Assembly: GCA_050633245.1 (NCBI GenBank)
Contig: JBOEGD010000011.1
Coordinates: forward strand, 32,001 to 96,000
DNA: 64,000 bases
DNA from: Calditrichia bacterium
GTDB lineage: Bacteria; Calditrichota; Calditrichia; RBG-13-44-9; J075
Direction of reading: 5' to 3'
The position numbers and the translations under genes were made by a program. Below, piece by piece: positions 52,582 through 63,398 of this stretch (within the stretch, counting starts at the first letter, position 1; every line of letters begins with the position of its first letter). The notes beneath the pieces are model-generated. The model had not been told where the DNA came from, ran no database searches, and saw only the letters and a program-made list of their open reading frames with translations.

Positions 52582-53307
52582 TCAATACACCAGTGTCAAT
52601 TGGAAGGAGTTTATTGTAAAACCGTCAACTTCAATCCGCGGATCATCAAAATTGCCAACGAGAGGATCAAAATCATCCTGATTGTATGTCCAGTAATAGG
52701 AGTAGCCCAAATAGAGTCCCGGGCTTAGCTGGATGTCCAGCCCAAGCGACCATAAATTGAATTCATCTGCCGGGAAGCTGTTGGACTCAACAAAGGAACC
52801 ATTTGACTTGGTTTTTGCATGTCGCGACCGACCCTCTTCAACAATAAAAACGCCTCCGGTTGCTAAAAGCCGTCTGGTTATTAATGCCTGCTTCAGCCGA
52901 AAGCCGCCAACGAAATACCCGATGTCGATATAGGTGTCGACCGAGCCTCCATTGCTTGTGGAACGGAATCCTCCTTCTTCTAAATACTGTCCATTCGACC
53001 ACCCAAGCTCCAACTGCAGTTGAGTTCTTTGTTTCCAAACCTGTAGCCCAAAGCTAAAACCCAATAGCATCTTGCCGCTTAAGCGCGTGGCGTCGTAAGA
53101 ATCCGTTTCCTTGATGTATTTCAGGCGGTTACCAACTCCACTCATGCGGTTATAGATGATGCCAAAGGAGAAGCCCAACGGGCGGTAAAATTTCTTTAGA
53201 ACTTCTGCTCTGGCAGAATCAGAGGAAGCCTCTTCATTAGACTGCGCACAGAGCTCAATTCCGCTGAACAGGGCAGAGATTATGATGAATAGAATGATTG
53301 ATCGCAT
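52582..53307 (-). CDS. Hypothetical exported protein, probable outer-membrane beta-barrel
   Basis: Signal peptide, alternating amphipathic Gly/aromatic strands, terminal FQLTLVY. Confidence 0.6.
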   Translation of the reverse strand: MRSIILFIIISALFSGIELCAQSNEEASSDSARAEVLKKFYRPLGFSFGIIYNRMSGVGNRLKYIKETDSYDATRLSGKMLLGFSFGLQVWKQRTQLQLELGWSNGQYLEEGGFRSTSNGGSVDTYIDIGYFVGGFRLKQALITRRLLATGGVFIVEEGRSRHAKTKSNGSFVESNSFPADEFNLWSLGLDIQLSPGLYLGYSYYWTYNQDDFDPLVGNFDDPRIEVDGFTINSFQLTLVY

Positions 53308-53749
53308 GTTGTCCCCCATGTCTTAAACTGAAATAGGATTGCAGAGTATATAGTATGAATAAAATTGAAGAGTATCAAGACTCTAGAAGGGTAGTAAAAG
53401 TGGACTTTTTCCATGTCTCAAATAGTGTTGTGGAATGACAGACGGTGTTTTTTAAACGGTTTTGTCTAAGCAAATCGTTTTTAGCCTCACTTGGTGCTGT
53501 GCGACGCACTCTCCGAGACGTGTTGCCCAAAAGCTTGAACAAATACCACACAAGTGAAAATCCCTTGATACTTTATACAATATCTGTTCTCGTTTAAATA
53601 AGTTAGCATTTTTTGTATATTCCTAACAAGAAAATCATCCCCTGCCCGGATAAGAGCTATTAGTTTTCTCTGCGTGTTATCCGTTATGCCAAGTGCATTG
53701 ATTCTTGGTAAACTTTTGACTTTACCTGATTTCTTGAAACGGAGGTTTT

Positions 53750-55441
53750 ATGAAATGCTATTTTCCGGTTGTTTTAATTGTTGCTCTTTTTGTGTTCCTG
53801 TGCTCATGTAGTGGTGAAAAAACTGGCTCGGAGAAAATACTCGACTCTTTCTCTTCGACATCTGAGATTTTGGTTACGTCAGAAGCTGGTGATAAAATAG
53901 CCATAAAGAAAAATATTGCCTTTAAAAGCGGTAAAGCAGAAGCAACAACGATAAGAGTTTTTCCTAATCAGCTAAAACAAACCATAGACGGAATCGGCAC
54001 CTCATTCACTGAGTCTTCTGCTTTTGTTTTAAGTCATTTGGATAAAGAAAAGAGGCAGGAGGTGATGGATCGAATATATGGTGAAGACGGTGCAAACTTT
54101 TCACTAACCCGTACCCATATTGGTGCGTGTGATTTTTCTGTAGAGGGCAAATACTCTTATCTCGCTAAAAAAGGGGATGTTTCGCTAAACAGTTTTACGC
54201 TTAACCCGGATGTGGAAGGCTTTAAACGATCAGCGTATCCAGGCGTAGTCGACGAAAGCTATGATTTATTGCCGATGATCAAAGAGGCACTTGCGATAAA
54301 AAACGCCCAGGAAGACAAAGAATTGCGAATTATTGGCTCAGCATGGACAGCTCCTGCCTGGATGAAGGATATTGAGGACTGGTATATACCCGGTGGGCCA
54401 CAGAACAACTGGCAGGGCACCGGCGGTAGCCTGAAGGAAGAATATGTCTCAACCTACGCCGACTATCTGATAAGATATATCGACACCTATAAGAAAGAGG
54501 GTGTAGACATTTGGGGACTAACGCCGGTTAATGAACCGCATGGCAATAATGGTCAATGGGAGAGCATGCACTTTACTCCTGAAACCCAGCGCGAGTTTAT
54601 TAAAGAGCATCTTGGGCCGAAGCTGAAGGCCAGTGGGAACGATGACGTGCATCTGTTGATTTATGATCAAAACAGAGACGGTATGGAGGAGTGGACGGAT
54701 ACAATACTTGGTGACCCTGAAACCGCTCAATACGTTTATGGAACTGCGATACACTGGTATGAAAGCACCTTTAAAGTTTTTGAGGAAAATCTGGAGCATG
54801 TGAATACGAAGTTTCCGGATTTTGCAATAATACATACCGAAGGCTGTATCGATGATTTGGGCAAGAAAGCACCCGGTGGTGTAACTGATCCGGAGCGTTT
54901 TCAGGAAAAAGACTGGTTTGATAATGACAGCTTTTGGTGGAACCCCAATGCCACCGACTGGGCATATTCCGTCACTTGGGCCGGCGTTAAGGCAGAAGAT
55001 CATCCGATTTATACGCCGGTTCACCGCTATGCCCGAAACATTATTGTCAGCCTCGATCATTGGATGACCGGCTGGGTCGATTGGAATGTGGTTTTAGATC
55101 AGAATGGCGGCCCCAACCACGTGGGTAATTTTTGCGGTGCCCCAATAATGATTGATACTGAGTCCAGGAAAATATACTATACACCGATATATTACATTTT
55201 AGCACAGCTTAGCAAAACTATCAGACCGGGAGATCGGGCGGTTCAAACCCAAAAAATTCTTGTTGACCTTGATGATGATGCTTTACATGCCTGTGCTACA
55301 ATTAACCAGAGTGATTTGCTTAGTGTTCAGCTGTTAAATACTACAAAGAGCCCGATTTCCTTTCAGCTGCAAATTGCCGAAAAGTTTGCTTCTGTGACCA
55401 TTCCGGCAAATTCTCTGCAAACGATGCGAGTACAGTTATAG
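53750..55441 (+). CDS. GH30 glucosylceramidase-like glycoside hydrolase (lipoprotein)
   Basis: GGAGG SD, lipobox-like CSC, RTHIGACDFS, SAWTAPAWMK, PVNEP acid/base, HTEGC nucleophile, GGPNHVGN. Confidence 0.9.
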   Translation: MKCYFPVVLIVALFVFLCSCSGEKTGSEKILDSFSSTSEILVTSEAGDKIAIKKNIAFKSGKAEATTIRVFPNQLKQTIDGIGTSFTESSAFVLSHLDKEKRQEVMDRIYGEDGANFSLTRTHIGACDFSVEGKYSYLAKKGDVSLNSFTLNPDVEGFKRSAYPGVVDESYDLLPMIKEALAIKNAQEDKELRIIGSAWTAPAWMKDIEDWYIPGGPQNNWQGTGGSLKEEYVSTYADYLIRYIDTYKKEGVDIWGLTPVNEPHGNNGQWESMHFTPETQREFIKEHLGPKLKASGNDDVHLLIYDQNRDGMEEWTDTILGDPETAQYVYGTAIHWYESTFKVFEENLEHVNTKFPDFAIIHTEGCIDDLGKKAPGGVTDPERFQEKDWFDNDSFWWNPNATDWAYSVTWAGVKAEDHPIYTPVHRYARNIIVSLDHWMTGWVDWNVVLDQNGGPNHVGNFCGAPIMIDTESRKIYYTPIYYILAQLSKTIRPGDRAVQTQKILVDLDDDALHACATINQSDLLSVQLLNTTKSPISFQLQIAEKFASVTIPANSLQTMRVQL

Positions 55442-55582
55442 AGCACAACAAGATGTCTAATTTGCATGCGACCACTATTGGTGGTCACAAAAAAATAGCC
55501 TTTCTATCCGCAGCATACACTTGCAGCTACGGTTCCATTTTATTACTATGATTCTGTTGAACCAGAAAAGCCGGGAATCTTA

Positions 55583-56896
55583 GTGAAAAGAATACGCATA
55601 CAGAATGAATACAAAAACTATAACAAATTAGTGGGCAATATAATGACCGCCATGATTCTCGCTTTTTTGATGCTGTTTCTAAGCTGCCAGAGCGAGAGCG
55701 GCTCTGATAAAAAGGAATCTGGCTCTACTCAGCTACACGACTTTCTAAAGTCTCAAAAGATCGGTAGTGATTTTGAGAAGCCGCCGCTGATTTCCCATCT
55801 TCAGATTGTCGATTTAGATCAGGATGGCTTACTCGACATCGTCGTTTGTGATATTGTCAAAAGCGAAATCTCATGGATTCGCCAATCACCGGCAGGCGTT
55901 TATTCCGAAGAAAGACTTGCCGAACAAATGGCGGCTCCCAGTCATGTTCAGGTCATTGATTTTGATTTTGATGGCGATCTTGATCTGATTGTCTCACTAC
56001 TTGGTATATTGTATCCAAACAATGACAAAATCGGCTCCATTGTGATCCTGGAAAACAGTGGAGATAACAAGTTTGAAAAACACCTGATCGTCGAAAAAAT
56101 AGCGCGTGTTGCTGACGTTCGTGCTGCGGACTTAGATGGTGATGGAGATATGGATCTGGCATCAGTTCAATTTGGTTATCTGGACGGCGATACGAAGTGG
56201 TTCGAGAATAAGGGGAACTGGCAGTTCAAAAGCCATGTGCTTCAGAACTTGTCTGGCGGTATTAATGTAGAAATCATTGACATAGACAGCGATGGCGACC
56301 TTGACCTGATTACATTAGTCAGTCAGGAATGGGAAGAAGTGCATTTGTTTCTGAATGACGGAAAGGGCATGTTTACCAATCGTCGTTTGTATGGATCGAG
56401 CAACGACGATTATGGATCGAGCGGTATTTCCCTGTGTGATTTCGATAAGGACGGTGATGTTGATATTTTGTATACCAATGGAGACTCATTCGACTACATG
56501 CCTCCGCGGCCAAGACCCTGGCAGGGGGTCAATTGGCTTGAAAATACCGGTAAGTTGACTTTTGAATTTCATCGAATTGCCGATTTTGGCGGTGCCTATA
56601 ATGCCCGCCCACTTGATGTTGACAAGGACGGAGATCTTGACCTTTTTGTCGTTAGTTCTTTTAATTCCTGGGACAAGAGCGAATCGCAGAGTTTTATTTG
56701 GCTGGAAAATGATGGGAAAATGTCTTTTACAAAGCACAACATTACCAATAATCCGTCGCATCTATTAGCCCTCGAATTGGGAGATTTTAATAAGGATGGC
56801 AATATCGACTTCGTAACCGGTGGCCTGCATGTATATCCGCCATACGAGAGAATGGCGCGTATAACGCTGTGGCAGAACAATTGGGTATCTGAATAA
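55583..56896 (+). CDS. FG-GAP/VCBS repeat lipoprotein
   Basis: Seven D.D.DG..D(I/L/F) repeats with W.EN.G; lipobox FLSC. The start may be ATG 55643. Confidence 0.85.
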   Translation: MKRIRIQNEYKNYNKLVGNIMTAMILAFLMLFLSCQSESGSDKKESGSTQLHDFLKSQKIGSDFEKPPLISHLQIVDLDQDGLLDIVVCDIVKSEISWIRQSPAGVYSEERLAEQMAAPSHVQVIDFDFDGDLDLIVSLLGILYPNNDKIGSIVILENSGDNKFEKHLIVEKIARVADVRAADLDGDGDMDLASVQFGYLDGDTKWFENKGNWQFKSHVLQNLSGGINVEIIDIDSDGDLDLITLVSQEWEEVHLFLNDGKGMFTNRRLYGSSNDDYGSSGISLCDFDKDGDVDILYTNGDSFDYMPPRPRPWQGVNWLENTGKLTFEFHRIADFGGAYNARPLDVDKDGDLDLFVVSSFNSWDKSESQSFIWLENDGKMSFTKHNITNNPSHLLALELGDFNKDGNIDFVTGGLHVYPPYERMARITLWQNNWVSE

Positions 56897-56925
56897 ATAA
56901 TTCAACACTCTCGGGATAAACCGAT

Positions 56926-58725
56926 TTGAAAAATAGTCTCCTCATTGTCAGTGTGGTTGCGCTGCTAAGTACTTCTCAATTGTTACTCCTCAGTTGCAAT
57001 ACCCCTAAGGAACTTCCTCCATTACCGAATTTTCAGAACAGCTCTGGTGCAGTAAACAGCCATGTTGACGCCACTTATGCTGAAGTGCTTAAGAATTCTG
57101 GTGATCAGGCCGTTGTTGGCAAGATGGCCATGGTCTTGCATTCAAATTTTTTTTATAAGGAGGCGCAACTCTGGTATAACGCTGCGCAAAAAAGGGATTC
57201 TACAAAATGGCTGTGGTCATATTATCCCGCCTTAATAGTAGAAGAACTTGGCGATGCCAATTCAACAATTTCGCATCTGAAAAAGGTTGTCAAAGTTAAT
57301 CCTCAGGTTGCAAATGCGTGGTTTAAGCTGGGTAATTTGTATATCAAACAAAATGACTACCAGACTGCCGAAACTGCCTTTAGCATGGCGCGAAATTCAA
57401 AGACGTTTACATACGCAGATGAATTACCGAACAAAGGCGCTTTTCCTCTTTTGGCTTATGCGCAGTTTAGCCTGGGGCGCGTCTATTTATTGCAGAAAAA
57501 ACATGACGACGCCAAAGAAGAACTATTGTCATTAATACAGCGTTATCCGAGATTTGGGGCTGCCTACCGACTTTTGGGACAGTTATACACTTCTCAAGGG
57601 GATATGTTAAGCGGCAAAAACATGATTGAAAGAGCAGGCGATTTTGAAAGTTATATTCCGCCTGCAGATCCAATGTTTAATGCGTTGTTATTAAACTCAA
57701 GAGATTCAGACTTCATTCTAAAACAAATCGACATTGCAATAAACAGTGAAAATTTCCCGTGGGCAGAAATGCTCTGTAAACATATTCTACAATACGACCC
57801 GAATGATATTGATGCCATCGCAAAAAGCATTCTGTTGATGCTCGTTAAAAACGATTCGCACGGACTAGCTGAAAAAGTGAAGAAGTTCTTTGAGTACTAC
57901 AAAACGAATGACGCAAAACTTTATGAAATGGCTGAGTCACTTTATCGCTGGAGACAGAACAAGTTCGCCTCGAATTATTTGCAGCAAGCGCTCGCTGTAA
58001 ACCCGCAGGCTATTGATGCTCATGTGCTGTATTTAAAAATCCTGACGGCATTGAAATCTGATGAACTGGCCGCTAAGCATTGTAAGAAAGCGTTGGCGAT
58101 TGCTCCGGACAATTCTCAATTGCGAACAGAGTATGGTCGAATCATGCTGCTGCAGGGAGATGAGAAGGAGGCAAAACGTCAGTTGGGAATTGCGATAAAA
58201 AATTCCCCGGACAATGAAGTTCCATTTATTGTCCGGGGAATTTTGGCACAGAACAACGGGGACGTTGATGTTGCCTTGAGGAATTATCGGAGAAGTGTAA
58301 AGATAAAACCATCTAATGTAAACGCGACGAAAAGACTCGGAAATTATTTGTTGGAGCTTAGGCGATGGGCGGATGCATTTTCAGTATATGAGGCAGCATT
58401 AAATGCCTCGCCAAATAAAATTGATCTGCTCGAAAGAACCGCCTGGATTCTGGCAACTTGCCCATCAAAACGAATAAGGAATGGTGAAAGAGCTTTGGAA
58501 TTAGCAAAACGCCTTACGCTGATTAGAAAAGAAGGTGTTCATCAGGATATTGAATGTGCAATTACCCTCGCAGCTGCGTATGCCGAAAAGGGCGAGTTTG
58601 ACAGGGCGATCGGGGTATTAAATAACCTGATCCCCCGTGCGAAAGCCACTCGTATGCAACGCTACATCCCGCAAGTCAGGGAAATGATCAAACTGTTCGA
58701 GGCAAATTCAGCGTATCGGATGTAA
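56926..58725 (+). CDS. TPR-repeat lipoprotein
   Basis: Lipobox LLSC, many TPRs, C-terminal AWILATCP...RNGERALELA...LAAAYAE.G.F motif. Confidence 0.82.
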   Translation: MKNSLLIVSVVALLSTSQLLLLSCNTPKELPPLPNFQNSSGAVNSHVDATYAEVLKNSGDQAVVGKMAMVLHSNFFYKEAQLWYNAAQKRDSTKWLWSYYPALIVEELGDANSTISHLKKVVKVNPQVANAWFKLGNLYIKQNDYQTAETAFSMARNSKTFTYADELPNKGAFPLLAYAQFSLGRVYLLQKKHDDAKEELLSLIQRYPRFGAAYRLLGQLYTSQGDMLSGKNMIERAGDFESYIPPADPMFNALLLNSRDSDFILKQIDIAINSENFPWAEMLCKHILQYDPNDIDAIAKSILLMLVKNDSHGLAEKVKKFFEYYKTNDAKLYEMAESLYRWRQNKFASNYLQQALAVNPQAIDAHVLYLKILTALKSDELAAKHCKKALAIAPDNSQLRTEYGRIMLLQGDEKEAKRQLGIAIKNSPDNEVPFIVRGILAQNNGDVDVALRNYRRSVKIKPSNVNATKRLGNYLLELRRWADAFSVYEAALNASPNKIDLLERTAWILATCPSKRIRNGERALELAKRLTLIRKEGVHQDIECAITLAAAYAEKGEFDRAIGVLNNLIPRAKATRMQRYIPQVREMIKLFEANSAYRM

Positions 58726-59117
58726 AGTTTTTTTTATGCCGCAACAGTTTACAATACAACTCCCGTATGGCAACAAAAAAGTCCTCATGTTTAAGATCCC
58801 TGGAAGCTCTTGAGATCCGGAAAATTCTAAACAGCTTGATAAAGAAAACTTTCATTTTTACATTTAAGACAACGGGGTCTGAAATGGGCTGTGCTGACAC
58901 TCTCTCATTTTTTGTTGATTTTAATTGTCCATTGTTTTGGCCTCATCGCGACTGATCATTTCGAACTGTGCTCCTCTCACGTCTACGAACCACCTTCTGG
59001 GTGGTACATAATAAATGAGTTTTCAAGATTCGCTACCAATGAATCTCATCGTTTCGGGGAATTAATCTCCGGGTGGATCGTGAATGAAAAATCATAAGAT
59101 TTAAAGTGAGGTGTAAA

Positions 59118-59675
59118 ATGAAACGTTCTTTTGCAGGAGTACTTTTAAGTGTCACTATTATGTTTGCATGCTTTGTTGCTTGTAACAGTGAAGGGCCGCA
59201 ATCTGTGCGTGAGGTGGCGAAAGCGCCGACTACACATGGACAAGCTGGAGTCCAGGATGATGAATCTGCCAAGAATATTTTGAAGGTCGCTCTCGGATCT
59301 CCCGATCACAGCACCCTGGTTGCCGCTGTGCAGGCTGCCCAGCTGGAGAATGTGTTGGTAAATGCCGGTCCATTAACCGTCTTTGCACCCAACAATGCAG
59401 CCTTTGCACAATTGCCGGCAGGGGCTCTGGATGAGCTGCTAAAACCGGAGAACAAGCGGAGATTGGCTAATATTGTTACCTCTCATGCTTCACCTGGGAC
59501 TTTTAAGGGAGAGCATCTGGCTGATGGCTCGAAGATTTATCTGGCCACTGGGCAATATGTAGATGTTGAAGTGAAGGATGGTGACACCTACGTAAACGGT
59601 GCTAAGATTCTGGGCACGGTCGATGCCTCCAATGGTGTGGTTCATGTAGTCGATAAGGTGTTTCTGTTTTATTAA
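59118..59675 (+). CDS. Fasciclin (FAS1) domain lipoprotein
   Basis: GAGGTG SD, lipobox VAC, STLVAAV, TVFAPNNAAF, ASNGVVHVVDKV. Confidence 0.92.
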   Translation: MKRSFAGVLLSVTIMFACFVACNSEGPQSVREVAKAPTTHGQAGVQDDESAKNILKVALGSPDHSTLVAAVQAAQLENVLVNAGPLTVFAPNNAAFAQLPAGALDELLKPENKRRLANIVTSHASPGTFKGEHLADGSKIYLATGQYVDVEVKDGDTYVNGAKILGTVDASNGVVHVVDKVFLFY

Positions 59676-59753
59676 ACCGACCTCCGACGCAGTTCGCTTC
59701 CAAGCTCGGGATGGAAAAATAAAACGTATCGGATTATCACGAAATCAGCAATA

Positions 59754-59796
59754 ATAAAAAGCCCTTAGCACTTTATTGGCGCTGAGGGCTTTTATT
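59754..59796. terminator. Likely bidirectional terminator
   Basis: AAAAGCCCTTAGC...GCTGAGGGCTTTT hairpin between convergent genes. Confidence 0.6.
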
Positions 59797-59854
59797 CGCC
59801 CATAGGCTATGGCCAAAGCAAAGTAACAATTGGCTCATTACTAGAATATGAGAA

Positions 59855-60475
59855 TTACCATTCTGATGTAAAGTTGTAACTGGAATCGGGCTTAACTGGA
59901 TATTGCACAAATGTAAAATGTCTTTGTGCTTCGGAAGAGTAGCCAGATCCCCGACAAACCTGGCGTATTGTTTCAAAAGTGGAACCGCTTAATACAATAT
60001 TCTTTGAAGTGCAAACAGTTTTACCGCTTAACGTACCTGCGTCGGAACTGATCCATTTAAACATAAGTGTATCTTGCTGTGTCATGCGATATTGTCCCCA
60101 GGAAATAACGTGATAGGACTCCTTATCATCAGAAAAACGGTTAAGATTTTTTAGAAAATTATTGAGAGCATTCTCATATGAGTTATCCTCGGGATTAAAA
60201 GATCTTCTTGATTCTTTTAGTGAAAAGGCTCCATAGGATGGAAACATCGCTAAACTCCCATTCCGATACAGAATGACGGGACGAACATGCTTTATAAGAG
60301 GTCCTACTCTATCTGATCTTTTTTCGAATTTATGATAATAGAAGCCATTCAGCTTAAGATCGGTTTCTAAGGACGAGTTATTACGCATAAATTCCCGAAA
60401 TGGGCCCTTTCCAAAGAAACAGGATGTCAATTGTGTACACGTAAGTATTAGTAATAGCAAAGAGTAGATTCTCAT
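59855..60475 (-). CDS. Hypothetical lipoprotein
   Basis: MRIYSLLLLILTCTQLTSC leader; AT-rich; no family recognised. Confidence 0.6.
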   Translation of the reverse strand: MRIYSLLLLILTCTQLTSCFFGKGPFREFMRNNSSLETDLKLNGFYYHKFEKRSDRVGPLIKHVRPVILYRNGSLAMFPSYGAFSLKESRRSFNPEDNSYENALNNFLKNLNRFSDDKESYHVISWGQYRMTQQDTLMFKWISSDAGTLSGKTVCTSKNIVLSGSTFETIRQVCRGSGYSSEAQRHFTFVQYPVKPDSSYNFTSEW

Positions 60476-60518
60476 TTGAAACTCGTCGTATTTTGCAAAG
60501 CAAGTATTAGTATATCCT

Positions 60519-61643
60519 TTACTCATCCCTAAATGTTTCATTCATTTCTGTGCCGGCTCTCGCATCAGTAAAGACGGGTTGTCCCCATGCATGGTATTCT
60601 TCCAGTATGTCAGTCTCCGGATGTTTGCGAATGAGAGTCACCTTGGCACGAACATATGGGATTGCACTGTCGATCTTGAACTGCCCCGTCATGCCATTGA
60701 TTGCATCAAGGATTGCTCCATTCGGTCCAATGAACTCTATTCGGTAACCTTCGCGTCCTTGTTCTACGGAGACACCCAGTGTTTCGAGAGGGGAGGACAA
60801 CTCTTGTTTTGTTCGGGTATCGTCAACTTCGACCCGATAGATATCGCGCCCTCGGCTGCATGTCTTGAGAAAAACTCCGGTACTGGCGTAAAAGTCGCCC
60901 TGCAGCATGGCCTTCGTTATACTGTCTGCATCAAGTGCTGTGGCTTGCACCATAACCCATCCGCGACCTGGGTTTGCATTCTTCGGTGAAATGGCACTAT
61001 AATGATGTGCATCGTCCGCGGCTACGGCAAAGATCTTCATTCCTTCAGTGAGTAGATGATCCCAAATAGCCTCAGTTGATGGATGTGAGGCATCACCACT
61101 ATTGTTAACATAGGGGTGCCCGTTGAATAATTCGAACATGTAGAGACGATCTACCCCAAGAATATCATCAGCTGATACAGCATATTTGTAATTGGGATGG
61201 TTTAGGATCGCAGCTCCCCCCACCTTTATGGCTTCATCTACATGGAACTGAATGATCTTTGATTTATCGTGATGATCAAACTCCCATAATGCAGCATAGT
61301 CGATATTCATTGCAGTTGTATGAACCGTCTTGCTTCCGGTAATTTCTTCTCCCGGGATCAACAGAAAGTTCTTGCGCGCGTCGGCGGGCATTGTGATCTG
61401 TTTGGGATCAACGAACTTGTTGTGATCCGTAATAATCAGGAAGTTGTAGTTGCGATCGTGATACCACTTTACGACCACTTCCGGCGCTGCATCTCCGTCG
61501 CTTTCTAAGGTATGAGTGTGCGTATTGCCTCGAAACCAGTGCTTTGTATTAGCCGTTTTTGTAGAGACACACCCAGAAGTAAGAAGTGCCGCAAACAAAA
61601 TGGAAATTGCCAACAAATAACGCATCAAAAGGTTTCCTTTCAT
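60519..61643 (-). CDS. PHP-like CehA/McbA family metallohydrolase (lipoprotein)
   Basis: GGAGG SD, lipobox SGC, WFRGNTHTHT..SDG, ITDHN, GEE, NHP, ADDAHH. Confidence 0.85.
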   Translation of the reverse strand: MKGNLLMRYLLAISILFAALLTSGCVSTKTANTKHWFRGNTHTHTLESDGDAAPEVVVKWYHDRNYNFLIITDHNKFVDPKQITMPADARKNFLLIPGEEITGSKTVHTTAMNIDYAALWEFDHHDKSKIIQFHVDEAIKVGGAAILNHPNYKYAVSADDILGVDRLYMFELFNGHPYVNNSGDASHPSTEAIWDHLLTEGMKIFAVAADDAHHYSAISPKNANPGRGWVMVQATALDADSITKAMLQGDFYASTGVFLKTCSRGRDIYRVEVDDTRTKQELSSPLETLGVSVEQGREGYRIEFIGPNGAILDAINGMTGQFKIDSAIPYVRAKVTLIRKHPETDILEEYHAWGQPVFTDARAGTEMNETFRDE

Positions 61644-61847
61644 GGTTTTTCCTCCTGCACACAATGGCTGTCTTAAACGGCGCAGCGACACTAATGATCT
61701 GCTTCAAGCACTGATTCTGTTAAAAATGATGGTTTGAAAAGCACCGGAGTGCTTTAAAATTATTGTGGAAAGTGCTATTAAAGTTACATAAACCCCAGTG
61801 GAATGACACAACGGTTTCATTCAAATCTAATTGTCCACTCGACCAGT

Positions 61848-62375
61848 TTATTCCTGTTCTGTTTCAAACGTCAGAGCATCCATTTTGAGAAAATCCTTCT
61901 CAGTAACGGGCTGACCATTAATCTGATCAGCATCCCAATCCTGAACAATTTTCCATTCGTCTTCAAACTTTTTCAACACCACATGAAAACGGCCATAAAA
62001 TTCTTCTTCCTTGCCGTTTCGAATACGCAGTATTTTGTAATATCCAACCTCATAAGCGATATTCTCCCGAACCAAACGCTGTTCGAATCGCAGTTCAATG
62101 GATCGTTGGTCCCCTCTGGTCTTTGCTTCATCATACCGCATGGAATTTGAGTCTTTGTATTCCTGGCCAATACGAATGCCCCATGCGTTGGCACGAAGGA
62201 TGTCATCTGAGTGCAACGCGTTGAAGCCATCGGCGTCAAATTGATTGTATGCTTCCATAAAAGGCTTCCAGATCTGCAGGTTTATCTCCTCAACATCTGC
62301 CTCAGTCTGGGCAAAAATGCTACTTGAGTACAGCACTAAAAGGATCAGCAAGCCAATTGATTTTCCCTTGATCAT
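61848..62375 (-). CDS. Exported NTF2-like (DUF4440) protein
   Basis: Signal peptide; WKPFMEAY...IAYEVGYY...GRFHVVLKK...WKIVQDWD. Confidence 0.75.
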   Translation of the reverse strand: MIKGKSIGLLILLVLYSSSIFAQTEADVEEINLQIWKPFMEAYNQFDADGFNALHSDDILRANAWGIRIGQEYKDSNSMRYDEAKTRGDQRSIELRFEQRLVRENIAYEVGYYKILRIRNGKEEEFYGRFHVVLKKFEDEWKIVQDWDADQINGQPVTEKDFLKMDALTFETEQE

Positions 62376-62445
62376 GGAGTCTCCTCTCAAAGTAAAAAGA
62401 AGCAAATGCAAGCCAGAAAGTGTGTTTGTTTTGCATTTGCATTAA

Positions 62446-63198
62446 TTAACGAATCAGCCCGGCCTGTCTAAAGTCTGCAGTTGTTGCTCCAGGTTCCAAA
62501 CCAGATGCAAAAACGCGCTCAATAGCCATTCTCTCAAACTCTACGAATGAATCTGAACTACCCAGTTGTGGATTAGCCATGGTGGCTCCGGGTACGCTGG
62601 TTTGGCTAACGTGACACAGGCCTAAGGCATGGCCAACTTCGTGCACGTGAGACGTTCCAGGGAAATTCGGCCCCTGATAGGTTTGCACGCTGATAAAAAC
62701 AGCGCCATTGGTAACAGTAGGCACGGCGCATCCCTGGCTATTACCATCACAACGGGCAGAGACCTGGTTTCCGCCAAAATCTGCCGACGTTATCTCATTT
62801 GTTCCTGCCACCGGATCTGCACTTGTGCTTGTATCGATTGTAATTACAAAAAAGCCGTCTATGAGATCATTGAAAATGGCAATTTCTCGTTCAAGCGCGA
62901 TTCTGCCCTCATCTGCTACGCTGGAACCGATTATCAATCGAATTTGAGATCCTTTTTCAAAAGTTCGCCAAATCCCTTCAGTATGCCCACCGCCGATATC
63001 TTCAATGCAACCACCACCGGCGCTGGCACGCCCGGTGCCAAGAAACAATGTTTCGATAACATCTTCAATAGTAACGTCTTCAGGACCAATTGGCTCAGTG
63101 GAGTCACATTGCGGCAACAAGATGGAGAGTAATAAAATACTGAGGTAAATAGTAATACGCTCAGTTGAACGTAGCTTTTTTTCTAACATAACGGTCAT
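62446..63198 (-). CDS. Metzincin (matrixin/M10-like) metalloprotease, probable lipoprotein
   Basis: HEVGHALGLCH zinc motif followed by an ATM Met-turn; hydrophobic leader ending in Cys. Confidence 0.75.
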   Translation of the reverse strand: MTVMLEKKLRSTERITIYLSILLLSILLPQCDSTEPIGPEDVTIEDVIETLFLGTGRASAGGGCIEDIGGGHTEGIWRTFEKGSQIRLIIGSSVADEGRIALEREIAIFNDLIDGFFVITIDTSTSADPVAGTNEITSADFGGNQVSARCDGNSQGCAVPTVTNGAVFISVQTYQGPNFPGTSHVHEVGHALGLCHVSQTSVPGATMANPQLGSSDSFVEFERMAIERVFASGLEPGATTADFRQAGLIR

Positions 63199-63398
63199 CC
63201 CTATTTAATTAACTAAGCAGAATCAGACTTTTTTATCAAATTTTAATGTCAAAACAATGAAGGCAAACGATTCTCTGACTTTAAGCTGGGTTGGGTTTCC
63301 GGAAATGATTCTGCTTTAAGCTAAGAAGAGTATCGAAAGGAATCTATAACTCATTTCTGGACTCTGGATGAATGGCAAGGTACTCCACCAGTGTAATA

